Shown here piece after piece: positions 49,601 to 58,358 of a stretch of DNA of 64,000 bases. Below the pieces are notes generated by a model, which saw nothing but the letters and a program-made list of their open reading frames with translations, ran no database searches and had not been told where the DNA came from. Positions within the stretch are counted from its first letter, which is position 1. Every line of letters begins with the position of its first letter. This stretch comes from a virus. The DNA is taken from IMG/VR virus record IMGVR_UViG_3300043620_000042; one strand, given 5' to 3'. A program made the translations under genes and the position numbers.

Positions 49601-49795
49601 CGATGTCTGGCCCCAAGGAGTTGTCTGAGCGATTGACCGAGCCCAAACTCGGTGATTTGGGCCACGCTCAACGATTGCGTAATCACCAGTGGGGCGAGAT
49701 GATCCTACTGAAGAATCGGATGATTGTACGAACTGTGCTTTGCCGGAAAAGGGGGCCAAGGAACACGCAACAATGACAGCAAACGATAATTTCAT
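46700..49795 (-). CDS. Large secreted beta-helix-like protein (RHS2 partner)
   Basis: Signal peptide; Thr/Asn-rich parallel beta-helix-like repeats; C-terminal DSNSDGIPDYLSDANGNG and IWISRPANN. Confidence 0.8.
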   Translation of the reverse strand: MKLSFAVIVACSLAPFSGKAQFVQSSDSSVGSSRPTGDYAIVERGPNHRVWARSIAQTTPWGQTSYTTNRYTEIETGMHHLKDGVWVESTDEVSIAPGGAAATNTAHQTFFAANINTRESIQLTMPDGQILSSHVICLSYFEPSTGSNALIAELQDSIGQIIPPNQVIYTNALAGDCAADIVYQHTKAGLEQNIVLRSQPPSPAEYGFQGATMLQVWTEFVAAPAPKVLPTNAGNAPDQSGYSQNPEPVSTDQQLDFGAMKIGPGEAFLIDNTPKATSRVRVLKQWVQVNNRTFLVEQIPLDSVASQLQQLPPSAAVTNNPAGDGTKRGHASATRRLPVPHFAQETTNSMQLAKFDANSNKGFLLDYNMTSATNFTFQGDTTYYVSGSIFLAGTNVFEGGCVIKYATNAVINIYPTATIPAVTFLGNAYHPIICTAKDDDSVGDIISGSTGTFSGYYANPALYFAGMSTTPSLAYIRVAYAQQGIQFAGISGNISHAQFLSCSNALRLGGSTAQVRNTLFARNLTNIVCEGSGVLTVENATFSGSGCLALGPSSPSGNSVALTNCIFANITNLAAGQVDITGGQNGFYISPTFGTVITNSAYPFQSVGAASYYLTNGCSFLNAGTTNINSTLLASLRQKTTWPPIVFSNATISADTTFGPVAARDTGASPSLGYHYEPLDYSFGGSDAYGNITFTAGTAVGWFRTSSGYNNHVGHGIHVGDTKTLLFDGRVDYPDYWVRCSEVQEGGTGKWDGGYGPGGITGWTTLPNINQAPWLKAHFTKFSVAASDSTHFRDDNGYLLVNASSCEFWGGGVGGYVDTVQFTNCLLDRVFWWLEGGRPETALTSENCTMHGGGLYINRYNDGVNGQTPVAIQDTSFDNTTFTTHDPYADNTNLTHCDYNAFLQGAQRLYPQGSHDVLVTNFNWQTSWFGNYYLPTNSPLINTGMVTANVVGLFHYTTQTNQTKETNSVVDIGYHYVATDANGKPIDSNSDGIPDYLSDANGNGIIDSGETAWNIANDAGLGIWISRPANN

Positions 49796-49891
49796 AAGAG
49801 TTGTTTTGAGGACAACCTAGTGCGTCCCCGTTGGTACAAAGAAATCGGAGACGATTTTGTTCGCCAAGATTTTCAACTCTCCAGTTGTCGT

Positions 49892-50395
49892 TTAGACGGG
49901 AGCGAAGCCAATGAGCATTGCTGTCGCGGCGATTTCCTTGCGGTACTCCCACACACGTGAAGGAGTCAGGCCGATAAGAAATCCAATTTCTCGGAGTGTG
50001 TATCCCTCGCACAGGTGCTTGAGAATTTGTCGGCCCATGGGACAAAGGCGGCTCTGTAATTGTTCCATCACATCCCGCGCACTTACAAATTCTGAAATGG
50101 ATTCAGGTTGGACGAGCGCTGGGTGAATTTGGGCATCTTCCTTGGACGGATCGGGAATTGGGCACGCTCCACTTTGACGCTTGAGTGAGTCAACGCTGCG
50201 GCCTTGGCCGAGATAGTCCAGAAGCTTCATCCGGCACCTCTGAAGGTGCCAGCTCATCGTTTCCTGTGGGAATTTCGCTCGATTGACATGGAAACTATAA
50301 AGGGCCTCCTGCAGTAAATCATCTCGCATGTTCGGGTCCGTTGTCACGGAACGGACGATGCCGGTCAATTTCTGGTAAGCAGTGGCGTTGTGCAT
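49892..50395 (-). CDS. ECF-like sigma-70 factor
   Basis: Region 2-like (RDDLLQEA...LLDYL) and region 4 HTH (EGYTLREIGFLIGLTPSRV). Confidence 0.7.
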   Translation of the reverse strand: MHNATAYQKLTGIVRSVTTDPNMRDDLLQEALYSFHVNRAKFPQETMSWHLQRCRMKLLDYLGQGRSVDSLKRQSGACPIPDPSKEDAQIHPALVQPESISEFVSARDVMEQLQSRLCPMGRQILKHLCEGYTLREIGFLIGLTPSRVWEYRKEIAATAMLIGFAPV

Positions 50396-50842
50396 AAACT
50401 CTCCTAGTCTAACGAATTGCGCGCTTGAGATAAGTCATTCACGAATATCTGGTGAAATTCGATGGGGTGTTTCCCGCCCCGGATTATAGGGCCCTCGCTG
50501 GGACGGCTGAAGTTTGTGCGACAATTTGGGCGAGCTGCATGCGCAACTCCAAGGAGCCAAGCGATAGGAAAATTTCCGTTCTCGTTTGTACCGTCACGAC
50601 ACGCTCCGGATTTTCACGTTCGGCGATGCGTTCTCGTGACATTGAGTGCGTGGAATTGATTTTGGTCCAGAAATGGCTAGTGGAAGGGATGAGACGGACT
50701 GATTTACGCAAGAAAGCGTCAACAGTTTTGTTCAACTTTTTTCTTCGGGGAATTTCGGTCGGTGTGTCGCGGCTTTCGCTGGTCTTCGTCTCTGATTTTG
50801 GTCGTTCGGTTCGTGTGCAAAAACGCGTGTTAGTGTCGGCGC

Positions 50843-52303
50843 GTGCCCGTCAACAGCACACATCCTGATTACGACACGAACGCATTCGATTGGTTGCGAG
50901 CACGTGACGTGTTGGCTGGTGAGGACGCCGTCAAGTCTGCCGGTGAAAAGTATCTGCCACGCCTGGACTCACAGTCGGATGAGGAATTCCTGGCTTATCG
51001 AAAGCGAGCTTCATTCTTCAATGCGACGGCCCGAAGTGCCGAAGGCTTCATTGGTTTGGTTTTTCGACGACCGCCTTTCGTAAAAGTTCCAGAGTCACAA
51101 TCAGGAGTTGGTCGGGCATTGGCTGCGTTTCTCAATGATGCTGACATGCTCGGAACAACGCTTCCTGGTTACGCGAAGAATGTTGTTTCTGAGGTTGTCG
51201 GCATTGGCAGGGCTGGTTCGCTAATTGATTGGGAAGGTGATGTTGAGAAGCGAGCTTATGTGTCGCTCTACTCGGCAGAGCAAATTCTGAACTGGAGAAT
51301 CGAGAGGGTGAATGGTCGGAATGTTCCGACACTGATTGTCTTGAGTGAGACTTTCTCCAGTAACAGCAAGGATGAATTCGAGCTGAGTTTCCAACAGCAG
51401 ATCAGGGTTCTGAAGTTGGTTCCTGGTGAGAACATCAAAGACGATTTCGGCAAACGGCCATTCAAATACGAAGTCGAAATCTGGAGGCCCAAGGAAAACA
51501 AACGGAAAACTGACAAGGTTGAATGGGAGTTATTCGAGACAAGGATTCCGCTGAGACTCGGAAAGCCGTTGCCACTGATACCATTCGTATTCCATGGACC
51601 ACGGCATTCCCGGCCGGATGTCGATAAGTTGCCACTCGCGGACATCATCGCCGTCAATCTCGACCACTATCGGCTCGATGCTGATTACAAGCATGGACTT
51701 CATTTCACAGCTCTGCCGACAGCGTGGGTGAGTGGTTTCGATAAGAGTGCAACTCTGAGAATTGGTTCAAGCACAGCCTGGGTGTCTGAGACTCCTGGAG
51801 CGACTGCCGGCTTTCTGGAATTCAGCGGTCAAGGGCTGACTACTTTCGAACGAGCAATGGATCGTGACGAACGATTGATGGCTGTCCTCGGGTCTCGGCT
51901 TTTGGAAGACCAGAAGAGAGTCGCAGAAACGGCCGAAGCAATCCAACTCAGGCAGACTGGCGAGAATAGTGCCTTGAGTGCAATAGCGACGAGTGTGAGT
52001 GAGTCGCTGACACAAGTTGTTCGTTGGATTTTCTGGTGGAATTCGACAGAAGAAATTCCTGAAGCGATTTCCGGCGCTGATGTGCTGGTTCAACTGAACA
52101 CAGATTTCAGCCTCAAAGGAATGTCGAGTCAGGAATTGCAAGCAATAGTTTCTGCCTGGCAAACGGAAGCGATCAGCCGGGACACGATGTTTGAGCTATT
52201 CCGTCGAGGAGAAATTTTGCCGGATGGGCGCACAAATCAGGATGAAGCGGCGCTCATCAAGATGGCTGGTCCCGTAAAACAAACAACAAACACACAGGTC
52301 TGA
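50843..52303 (+). CDS. Phage portal protein (DUF4055-like)
   Basis: HPDY...RDVLAGEDAVK...YLPR...YRKRASFFNATAR; NLDHYR..ADY.HGLHFTALP; first gene of the head module. Confidence 0.85.
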   Translation: MPVNSTHPDYDTNAFDWLRARDVLAGEDAVKSAGEKYLPRLDSQSDEEFLAYRKRASFFNATARSAEGFIGLVFRRPPFVKVPESQSGVGRALAAFLNDADMLGTTLPGYAKNVVSEVVGIGRAGSLIDWEGDVEKRAYVSLYSAEQILNWRIERVNGRNVPTLIVLSETFSSNSKDEFELSFQQQIRVLKLVPGENIKDDFGKRPFKYEVEIWRPKENKRKTDKVEWELFETRIPLRLGKPLPLIPFVFHGPRHSRPDVDKLPLADIIAVNLDHYRLDADYKHGLHFTALPTAWVSGFDKSATLRIGSSTAWVSETPGATAGFLEFSGQGLTTFERAMDRDERLMAVLGSRLLEDQKRVAETAEAIQLRQTGENSALSAIATSVSESLTQVVRWIFWWNSTEEIPEAISGADVLVQLNTDFSLKGMSSQELQAIVSAWQTEAISRDTMFELFRRGEILPDGRTNQDEAALIKMAGPVKQTTNTQV

Positions 52304-52305
52304 TT

Positions 52306-53076
52306 ATGGCGTTAAAGTTCAAATTCAAAACGAAGGATGAAGTTCCTGCTGAGTCGCAGTCTCTTTATGTCGAGCGTGACGGTGCCTGGATGCTCGATGT
52401 GGATGGAGTCGTGGATAAAGCGAAGCTGGATGAGTTCAGGGCAAACAACGTTGCGCTGACTAATCAGCTTGCTGAACAGAAGAAACGATTTGAGGGAATC
52501 GATCCGGATGAAGTTCGGAAGCTGGCTGAGGACAAGCGGAAGCTTGAGGAAGCTCAGCAGCTCAAAGGTGGAGAAGTCGAGAAGGTAGTCGAGGGCCGGC
52601 TGAAGACGGCAAAGACAGAGTGGGACAAACAGTACAATGCTGTCACTGCCGAACGTGATTCTCTCAATGCGAGACTGACAGCGATTCAGATTGATCAAGG
52701 CGTTATCGCAGTCGCGACCAAGAAAGGTCTGCGACCGACTGCAATCCCTGACATCACGGCGAGAGCTCGCGTCGTGTTCAAGCTGGTTGATGGTGCGCCT
52801 CGGGCTTACGAGGCGGATGGCCAGACGGTACGAGTCGGCAAGGATGGAATCACTCCAATGACTTTGGATGAGTGGGTTGATCAGCAGGTTGCTGACGCTC
52901 CTCATTTGTTCGAAACGAGCGCTGGTGGCGGTGCTGCCAGCAACGGCTCCGGTGGAGCTGCAAGTAATCGGTCCGTGAAGAATCCGTTCCGCAAGGAAAC
53001 CTGGAATCTCACGGAACAAATGAAGTTGCAAAAAACTGATCCGCAACTCGCTGCCCGCCTCAAGGCTGCGGCTTAG
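52306..53076 (+). CDS. Capsid scaffolding protein
   Basis: Coiled coil, Gly-rich linker, C-terminal NPFRKETWNLTEQMKLQKTDPQLAARL; lies between portal and capsid genes. Confidence 0.75.
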   Translation: MALKFKFKTKDEVPAESQSLYVERDGAWMLDVDGVVDKAKLDEFRANNVALTNQLAEQKKRFEGIDPDEVRKLAEDKRKLEEAQQLKGGEVEKVVEGRLKTAKTEWDKQYNAVTAERDSLNARLTAIQIDQGVIAVATKKGLRPTAIPDITARARVVFKLVDGAPRAYEADGQTVRVGKDGITPMTLDEWVDQQVADAPHLFETSAGGGAASNGSGGAASNRSVKNPFRKETWNLTEQMKLQKTDPQLAARLKAAA

Positions 53077-53103
53077 TGCGAATCCAACCGGAGAATCTGA
53101 TTT

Positions 53104-54114
53104 ATGGCAAAGACAGCAGTAGCAGACATCATCATCCCGACAGAGTTTGAAAAGTACGCCATCGAGCGGACAGCCGAACTGTCTTATTTCGGTCAGTCAG
53201 GCATCGTCGAGATGTCGCCGGAGTTCGATGCTCTGACCCAAGTCGGTGGTCGTGAAGTCAAGATGCCGTTTTGGAAAGACTTGACTGCGGCGCGGCAGCT
53301 GCTCAGCGATGCGGCGTCGCTGACGGTTAACAAGATTACGTCTGACCAGGACATCGCCCGTCTCCACAACGATGCGCAGGTGTGGTCGGTCAACCATCTT
53401 GCGAAAGTCGTTTCTGGCGATGATCCAATGCAGGCAATCGTTGACCTGGTTGCTGCCTATTGGGCGCGGACCGATGAGGGGTTGGTTATCTCTTGTCTGA
53501 AAGGGATTTTCGGAGCCGCCACGATGGCCGGCAATCTTCTGGCGATTCACTCGGAAAGTGTCGCTGGAACAACCAACGCGACGAGGCTGAACGGCTCAAC
53601 ATTTGTGGACGCTTGCGCAAAACTCGGTGATGCAGCCGCCCGACTGACTGCTGTCGGGATGCACTCCGCGACTGAGGCTGCACTGAAGAAGTTGGACCTG
53701 ATTGACTTCCTGCCGGATAGCGAGGGCAAGCCGTCGCTGGCGACGTTTCAGGGCCGGCGGGTGATTGTGGATGACACGTTGCCGACGCGAGCTGGGTCAA
53801 CAGACGGAACTGTTTATACGACTTACCTGTTCGGCCAGGGTGCGTTTGCGAAAGGTGTCGCTCCTCTCGATGGGACGCCACTCCAAGGCGGCTTCGGGAC
53901 TGAGGGCGTAGAGTTCGCTCGTGTTCCTTTGGACAGCGATTCGATTCTTATCAATCGACGTCGTTACGTTCTGCATCCGCGTGGGGTGAAGTTCACCAGT
54001 GCTTCTGTCGCCGGCGATTCACCGACGAATCTCGAACTGGAGAATCAGGCGAACTGGGTTCGTGTTTGGGAAAACAAGAACGTTCGGTTGGTTGCAATTA
54101 CTCACAACAATTAG
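53104..54114 (+). CDS. Major capsid protein, SPP1 gp13-like (HK97 fold)
   Basis: MAKTAVADIIIP...SYFGQSGI...MPFWKDL...SGDDPMQAI...VAAYWAR resembles SPP1 gp13 as recalled; RRRYVLHPRGVKF C-terminal motif. Confidence 0.88.
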   Translation: MAKTAVADIIIPTEFEKYAIERTAELSYFGQSGIVEMSPEFDALTQVGGREVKMPFWKDLTAARQLLSDAASLTVNKITSDQDIARLHNDAQVWSVNHLAKVVSGDDPMQAIVDLVAAYWARTDEGLVISCLKGIFGAATMAGNLLAIHSESVAGTTNATRLNGSTFVDACAKLGDAAARLTAVGMHSATEAALKKLDLIDFLPDSEGKPSLATFQGRRVIVDDTLPTRAGSTDGTVYTTYLFGQGAFAKGVAPLDGTPLQGGFGTEGVEFARVPLDSDSILINRRRYVLHPRGVKFTSASVAGDSPTNLELENQANWVRVWENKNVRLVAITHNN

Positions 54115-54181
54115 CCACTTGCGTGGCGGCCAATGCGCTGGTGGCTATCGCCATCAGCGCAGAGGCAACCAGATAAAACTT

Positions 54182-54415
54182 ATGGGAAAAGATGTTCCAC
54201 GAAGCTTTGAGAAAATTCGAAGTGGCGAGCAGTTGAATCTGAAGATGCGAGGGTTCACAAACGTTGCGTCGCTGACTGCTGCTGGGCTGACTGCTGCCAA
54301 GAATGTCGGCGCGCTAGTTTATCTGAGCACAGGTGGAACTGGCAGTGTTCCGTGTCTCGCGATTAGCGACGGAACGAATTGGAAACAGATCGCTATCGGC
54401 GCGAACGCGATTTAG
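54182..54415 (+). CDS. Putative capsid decoration/head fibre protein
   Basis: GALVYLSTGGTG..CLAISDGTNWK motif typical of small head proteins following the major capsid gene. Confidence 0.55.
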   Translation: MGKDVPRSFEKIRSGEQLNLKMRGFTNVASLTAAGLTAAKNVGALVYLSTGGTGSVPCLAISDGTNWKQIAIGANAI

Positions 54416-54464
54416 TGGAACGTGAAGAGTTGAACCGTTGAACCGTTAAATCGGAAAGAAAGCT

Positions 54465-54644
54465 ATGCAGAACGGATTGTACCCAATCATTCGAAGGATA
54501 AGGCGTCCGCTGTTGCCGGTTGACCCGCCTGCGGAAAGCAAGCCCGTCCCAGTTAGCCAGCCAGAGGAGTCAAAGCCGACCGGGGCGGATGCCTCGCAGG
54601 TTGCCGACGAGAATAAGTCTGATGCGAGCGATTCGAACAAGTAA
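54465..54644 (+). CDS. Small Pro/acidic protein (59 aa, not in track)
   Basis: ATG 54465 MQNGLYPIIRRIRRPLLPVDPP...DSNK*. Confidence 0.4.
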   Translation: MQNGLYPIIRRIRRPLLPVDPPAESKPVPVSQPEESKPTGADASQVADENKSDASDSNK

Positions 54645-54999
54645 GCGCTTGCTGCGTCGGTGGCTCACGCTTTGGTTGGAAGACCGAAGGCGTGCCCGCG
54701 CTGCTACTCATGTGGGTCCGACGGTTCCGAATGCGCCGGCCAGCTTGGTTGCGGTCGATTGGGGAACGTTCATAAGGCTGGATTGGCAGGATATGTCGAG
54801 CAATGAGCTGGGGTTCCGCTTGTATCGAAAGGTGGATGCGGGTGCATATGGTTTGTATCAGACGCTTGGGGCGAACGTGACGACTTACCAGGACAGCGCG
54901 GTGGTCTTCTCGCACCAGTATTTCTATTACGTGACGGCGTACAACGCAGTCGGGGAGTCGGGGCCGTCGAACGAAGTGTTCCTTACGTTTGGCTCGTAA
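54622..54999 (+). CDS. Fibronectin type III domain protein
   Basis: PNAPASLVA...LDWQDMSSNELGFRLYRK...YQD...YYVTAYNAVGESGPSNEV. Confidence 0.8.
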   Translation: MRAIRTSKRLLRRWLTLWLEDRRRARAATHVGPTVPNAPASLVAVDWGTFIRLDWQDMSSNELGFRLYRKVDAGAYGLYQTLGANVTTYQDSAVVFSHQYFYYVTAYNAVGESGPSNEVFLTFGS

Positions 55000-55010
55000 C
55001 CGGGGATTCA

Positions 55011-55607
55011 ATGGCACTAACGCTTATCAAAGAGGACGGGACCGGGAAGGTGGACGCGAACAGTTATGCCAACGTTGCAGACGGCGATGCGTATTTCGAC
55101 GGGCACTTATACGCCACCGTCTGGACATCTGCGTCGACGGGTAACAAGGAAAAGGCGTTGGTGTTCGCGACGCGGTTGATTGATTCGCAGTTTCAATTCA
55201 ACGGCTGGCGAGCGCATGACGCACAAGCATTGCAGTGGCCGCGCGAGAGATGTCCCGATCCTGACAAGGGTTTGATCACGATTTCTGTTTTGGTGCCGTT
55301 CCTTGGAACGTTTGTTGAGCCCGATCTGGTGCCGAAGGCAGTCGTTGACGCGACTTGTGAAATGGCGAGAGAGCTTTTGATTGCCGATCGGACAACAGCG
55401 CCGCCGGGAGAGGGCATTGCGTCAATGCATACCGGGCACACGGATGCCGGCGTGGGGGGCAATGCGCCTTCAAGTGATAACTCGACGACGGTTTACAGCA
55501 AGGGCGACAAGCGGCCCATCATTTCGCATGTCGCGCAGGCAATGCTGGCGAAGTTCGGCGCACTGATGTCGGGCGGAAGCGGGCCGGTGAGGTTGGTCAG
55601 AAGTTGA
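55011..55607 (+). CDS. Head-completion/adaptor-like protein (family often labelled DnaT-like)
   Basis: EDGTG..DANSYA.VAD.DAYF...W...KEKALV.ATRLID...QALQWPR; position after the capsid gene. Confidence 0.7.
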   Translation: MALTLIKEDGTGKVDANSYANVADGDAYFDGHLYATVWTSASTGNKEKALVFATRLIDSQFQFNGWRAHDAQALQWPRERCPDPDKGLITISVLVPFLGTFVEPDLVPKAVVDATCEMARELLIADRTTAPPGEGIASMHTGHTDAGVGGNAPSSDNSTTVYSKGDKRPIISHVAQAMLAKFGALMSGGSGPVRLVRS

Positions 55608-55656
55608 GTCGCCACGAAAGGGAGAAATTTAACAGAAGGTAACAAAGGGAACAAAG

Positions 55657-55977
55657 ATGACGAACATGAACGCGATTGAGTTGATGAAGGCTGTCGATCA
55701 CGCGAGCGGAATGAATGACCGATGGTTGTTCATCGCAAGCCTCGTGGTGATTGGAAGCTTTGGAATGTGGGTGATGCGGTATTTCGTGAAACAGCACGAG
55801 CGGCTGATCACGGACCACAGGCATTCGCGGGAGTGTTACCAGACAAGTTTGCGCAAGGTCGTATCGGAGCAGAGCGCGGCCAATGCCAAGCTCGTCGTTT
55901 GCCTGGATAACAATTCGAAAATTTTGGAAGAGTGTCGCGACGAACTGCGGCGCTCTCGCAGGACAAAAAAACAATGA
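55657..55977 (+). CDS. Small membrane protein (holin-like topology)
   Basis: One TM segment (WLFIASLVVIGSFGMWVM) followed by a charged helical tail. Confidence 0.55.
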   Translation: MTNMNAIELMKAVDHASGMNDRWLFIASLVVIGSFGMWVMRYFVKQHERLITDHRHSRECYQTSLRKVVSEQSAANAKLVVCLDNNSKILEECRDELRRSRRTKKQ

Positions 55978-56723
55978 AAGGAACAATGCTGCATAAGAAA
56001 GTTGGTCTGATTGCGGTGGCGGGCGCGGCTGTGGCCGTGCTCTGTGGATTGGCGGGTTGCGCAACGATGGATAAGGCCTACGACAGGGATGTCGTCTGGG
56101 CAGAGGCACCAACTGTGCACGTGTTCACGAATACGGTCGTGTTCACGAATACGGTTCCGTTTGTGTTGGAGCGGACGAATGTTGTGTACGTGACTAATGC
56201 GACATCGGGGGCGGTTTCTGGTGTTGCGACTCGCGAATCGGTGGCGACGAATTTTGTCACTGCGGTTGTGACGAACTTGGTGCCGGTGTTTATGACAAAC
56301 GTCTTGCAGGTGCCGGTGACCAACCTGGTTGCAAAGCCGGAAGTGGAGTCAGCGATCGGCGCTGCTGGCTCGGTGATCAATACATTTGCACCCGGCATTG
56401 GGAGCATCGTTGCGCTCGCCCTCGGCGGTTTGTATCACGGCTACCGGCAAGTGCGAAACCGGAAAGTGAACGAGGCGCTCGTCCAGGGCGTAGAAACTGC
56501 GCGAGCGGTTCTCACCACGACGCCGCAAGGCAGGGCTGCGGATGCTCAATTCGTGAAGTGGTTAATGGAGCATCAGCGGGAAGCTGGCGTCTTCAGCACA
56601 GTGTCGGACCTGGTTGAAAGCGTTAGTGATAATCCGGCGGCCCGGATGACGGCTCAGGAGATCATGCAGCGCGTGCTGGCTTCGCAGCAGCGCGGCGCTG
56701 GCCAAACAGCGGTGGCGGCGTAA
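55974..56723 (+). CDS. Lipoprotein/membrane protein
   Basis: Lipobox-like LAGC; VTN-rich repeats; second hydrophobic segment APGIGSIVALALGGLY. Confidence 0.65.
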   Translation: MKGTMLHKKVGLIAVAGAAVAVLCGLAGCATMDKAYDRDVVWAEAPTVHVFTNTVVFTNTVPFVLERTNVVYVTNATSGAVSGVATRESVATNFVTAVVTNLVPVFMTNVLQVPVTNLVAKPEVESAIGAAGSVINTFAPGIGSIVALALGGLYHGYRQVRNRKVNEALVQGVETARAVLTTTPQGRAADAQFVKWLMEHQREAGVFSTVSDLVESVSDNPAARMTAQEIMQRVLASQQRGAGQTAVAA

Positions 56724-56727
56724 GGGG

Positions 56728-57075
56728 TTGAGGCTCGAATTCCCTTTTCCGGCCGTGGATGACATTTTTAATGCCGCTGTCGCTGCGTGGGCCGCCAGAG
56801 GACTTCCCGCTCGGCTTGATGTAGCCGCTGCAGCCAGGCTGCTCGGTTTCGCTGAGCATGACATTCAAATCCTGATGGGTGTGGGGAAATTGGTTGCCCT
56901 GGGAGATCCCGCGCCGAACGCTCCGAAGTGGTTCGCCGCCATCGAAATTATTCGATTGGCGGCGGACCGCGATTGGCTGAATAAGGCGACTCGCGAAGTC
57001 GCTAAATACTGGCGGCATAAGCGAGAGCGCCAGGCCAAAGCGAGGCCGATTAGCCGGCCTGCGCTAGCCGCGTAG
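56728..57075 (+). CDS. Excisionase-like HTH protein
   Basis: LPARLDVAAAARLLGFAEHDIQILM; convergent on and overlapping the integrase 3' end. Confidence 0.55.
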   Translation: MRLEFPFPAVDDIFNAAVAAWAARGLPARLDVAAAARLLGFAEHDIQILMGVGKLVALGDPAPNAPKWFAAIEIIRLAADRDWLNKATREVAKYWRHKRERQAKARPISRPALAA

Positions 57076-58183
57076 TTCGAGCCTCGTTTCCCGCGTTGTC
57101 TGCGCTCGCGCGCGACTGAAAATCCACCGGCACTACTCTGGGCTGAGCAACTGCTTGCGGGTTCTTCTTCCATTCTTTCTCCCAATCGTCCAGCGAAGGA
57201 ACAGTCACTTCCGCGTGCTTGGAATAAGCGTGGTGGACTGCTTTCGAATTGTGCCCCAAAGCTTCTTGCGCGAATCGCTGCGGGTAGCCGCATTTACGCG
57301 CTCGCTCCGCCCATGCGTAACGGTAGGAATGCAAGCTGACGTTTTGAATTTCAAGGCCAGTGCAACGCTGCTTGAATTCAGTGGCGCGATCGCCAGGACG
57401 AACGGTTCGCAGATAAGGGAACAGTGGGCCTGCTTGCGGGCGGCGCTTGAGAATTTCCGCGACTTCGGCGCCGAAACGAATCAACGGCGGTTTGATTGCT
57501 GTGCCAGCGCGGGATTTCAATTTCTTGCGAGTATAGGAAATGGTGTGCTGCCTCCAATCAATGTCTTCGGCAGTCAGACACGCCGCATCGGTTTGAGAGG
57601 CGCCCGTGTGCCAGAGCAGCTCGTAGAAGTCGCGTCGTTCCGGGTTGGTCTCGCGGGCCACGATCGCAGCGTGCTCTTTGGCGGTGATGGCGCGTTTGTC
57701 TTTGAAGATCGGCCTCGGCCATTGGAGGCGCGGGATAACCGATTTCAAGAGCCACTCCATTCCAAGAGCATGGTTGTGGATGCGCCGGAGGTAAACGTTA
57801 GTCGAGACTTTGCCGTCTGCTAGTGCGCGGTCGAAGTGCTCGGGGCGGGTCTCCGCAACGGTGAGGTTGCGAATGCAATCGAAGTTTTTGTCTTTGATCG
57901 CGACTTCCCAGCGGCGGCGGGTTTCGTCGGTCTTTCTCTCAACGATGTGCCCCATCACTTCCTGCCAGGTGCGGGTGCCGAGTTTGGGATCGGAGCCATT
58001 CATGTAAACTCGCGCCAAGGCGAGGTTGAAATGAGGCTGGCTCTGAGAGTCGTTGCGGGCTTGAAGCAGTCGTTGTGCTTCGTCCTTGTCCCGGGTCTTA
58101 AGGGTGGTCTGTTCGCCAGTGATTTTGTTTTTGAGGTAAAAGACACCCCACGGGCGCCTGATTAGTCCGAACTGTAGTTTCAT
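57050..58183 (-). CDS. int: Tyrosine recombinase/integrase (non-canonical box I)
   Basis: LHSYRY (HxxR), ALGHNS...HHAY (H, Y); box I reads HTGASQTD; next to the att core. Confidence 0.85.
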   Translation of the reverse strand: MKLQFGLIRRPWGVFYLKNKITGEQTTLKTRDKDEAQRLLQARNDSQSQPHFNLALARVYMNGSDPKLGTRTWQEVMGHIVERKTDETRRRWEVAIKDKNFDCIRNLTVAETRPEHFDRALADGKVSTNVYLRRIHNHALGMEWLLKSVIPRLQWPRPIFKDKRAITAKEHAAIVARETNPERRDFYELLWHTGASQTDAACLTAEDIDWRQHTISYTRKKLKSRAGTAIKPPLIRFGAEVAEILKRRPQAGPLFPYLRTVRPGDRATEFKQRCTGLEIQNVSLHSYRYAWAERARKCGYPQRFAQEALGHNSKAVHHAYSKHAEVTVPSLDDWEKEWKKNPQAVAQPRVVPVDFQSRASADNAGNEARTTRLAQAG

Positions 58184-58231
58184 CGCTTCACGCATGTTGC
58201 GAGTGTGAAGCGGTCGGCGCTGTCGCACTAA

Positions 58232-58262
58232 GCGAGCAGTGGGCGAGCGGTGACCGAGCAGA
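58232..58262 (+). repeat. Three arm-type-like direct repeats, 11-bp period (left element side)
   Basis: GCGAGCAGT 58232, GCGAGCGGT 58243, CCGAGCAGA 58254. Confidence 0.5.
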
Positions 58263-58358
58263 GGCCATATTCTGCAAGGGCTGCCAAACAGGTGAAGAAT
58301 CCGGTGAAACTCTGACCCTCTATGCTTCGCAAGCTATTGATATTGCGCCATCAATAGA

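Noticed and set aside
55011-55607. DnaT replication protein
   Set aside because: The family label resembles DnaT, but the position after the capsid gene fits a head-completion protein better.
55620-55657. A-rich AACA(G/A)A(A/G)GG-type repeats (similar tract near 37627)
   Set aside because: Short low-complexity intergenic repeats with no supportable function.
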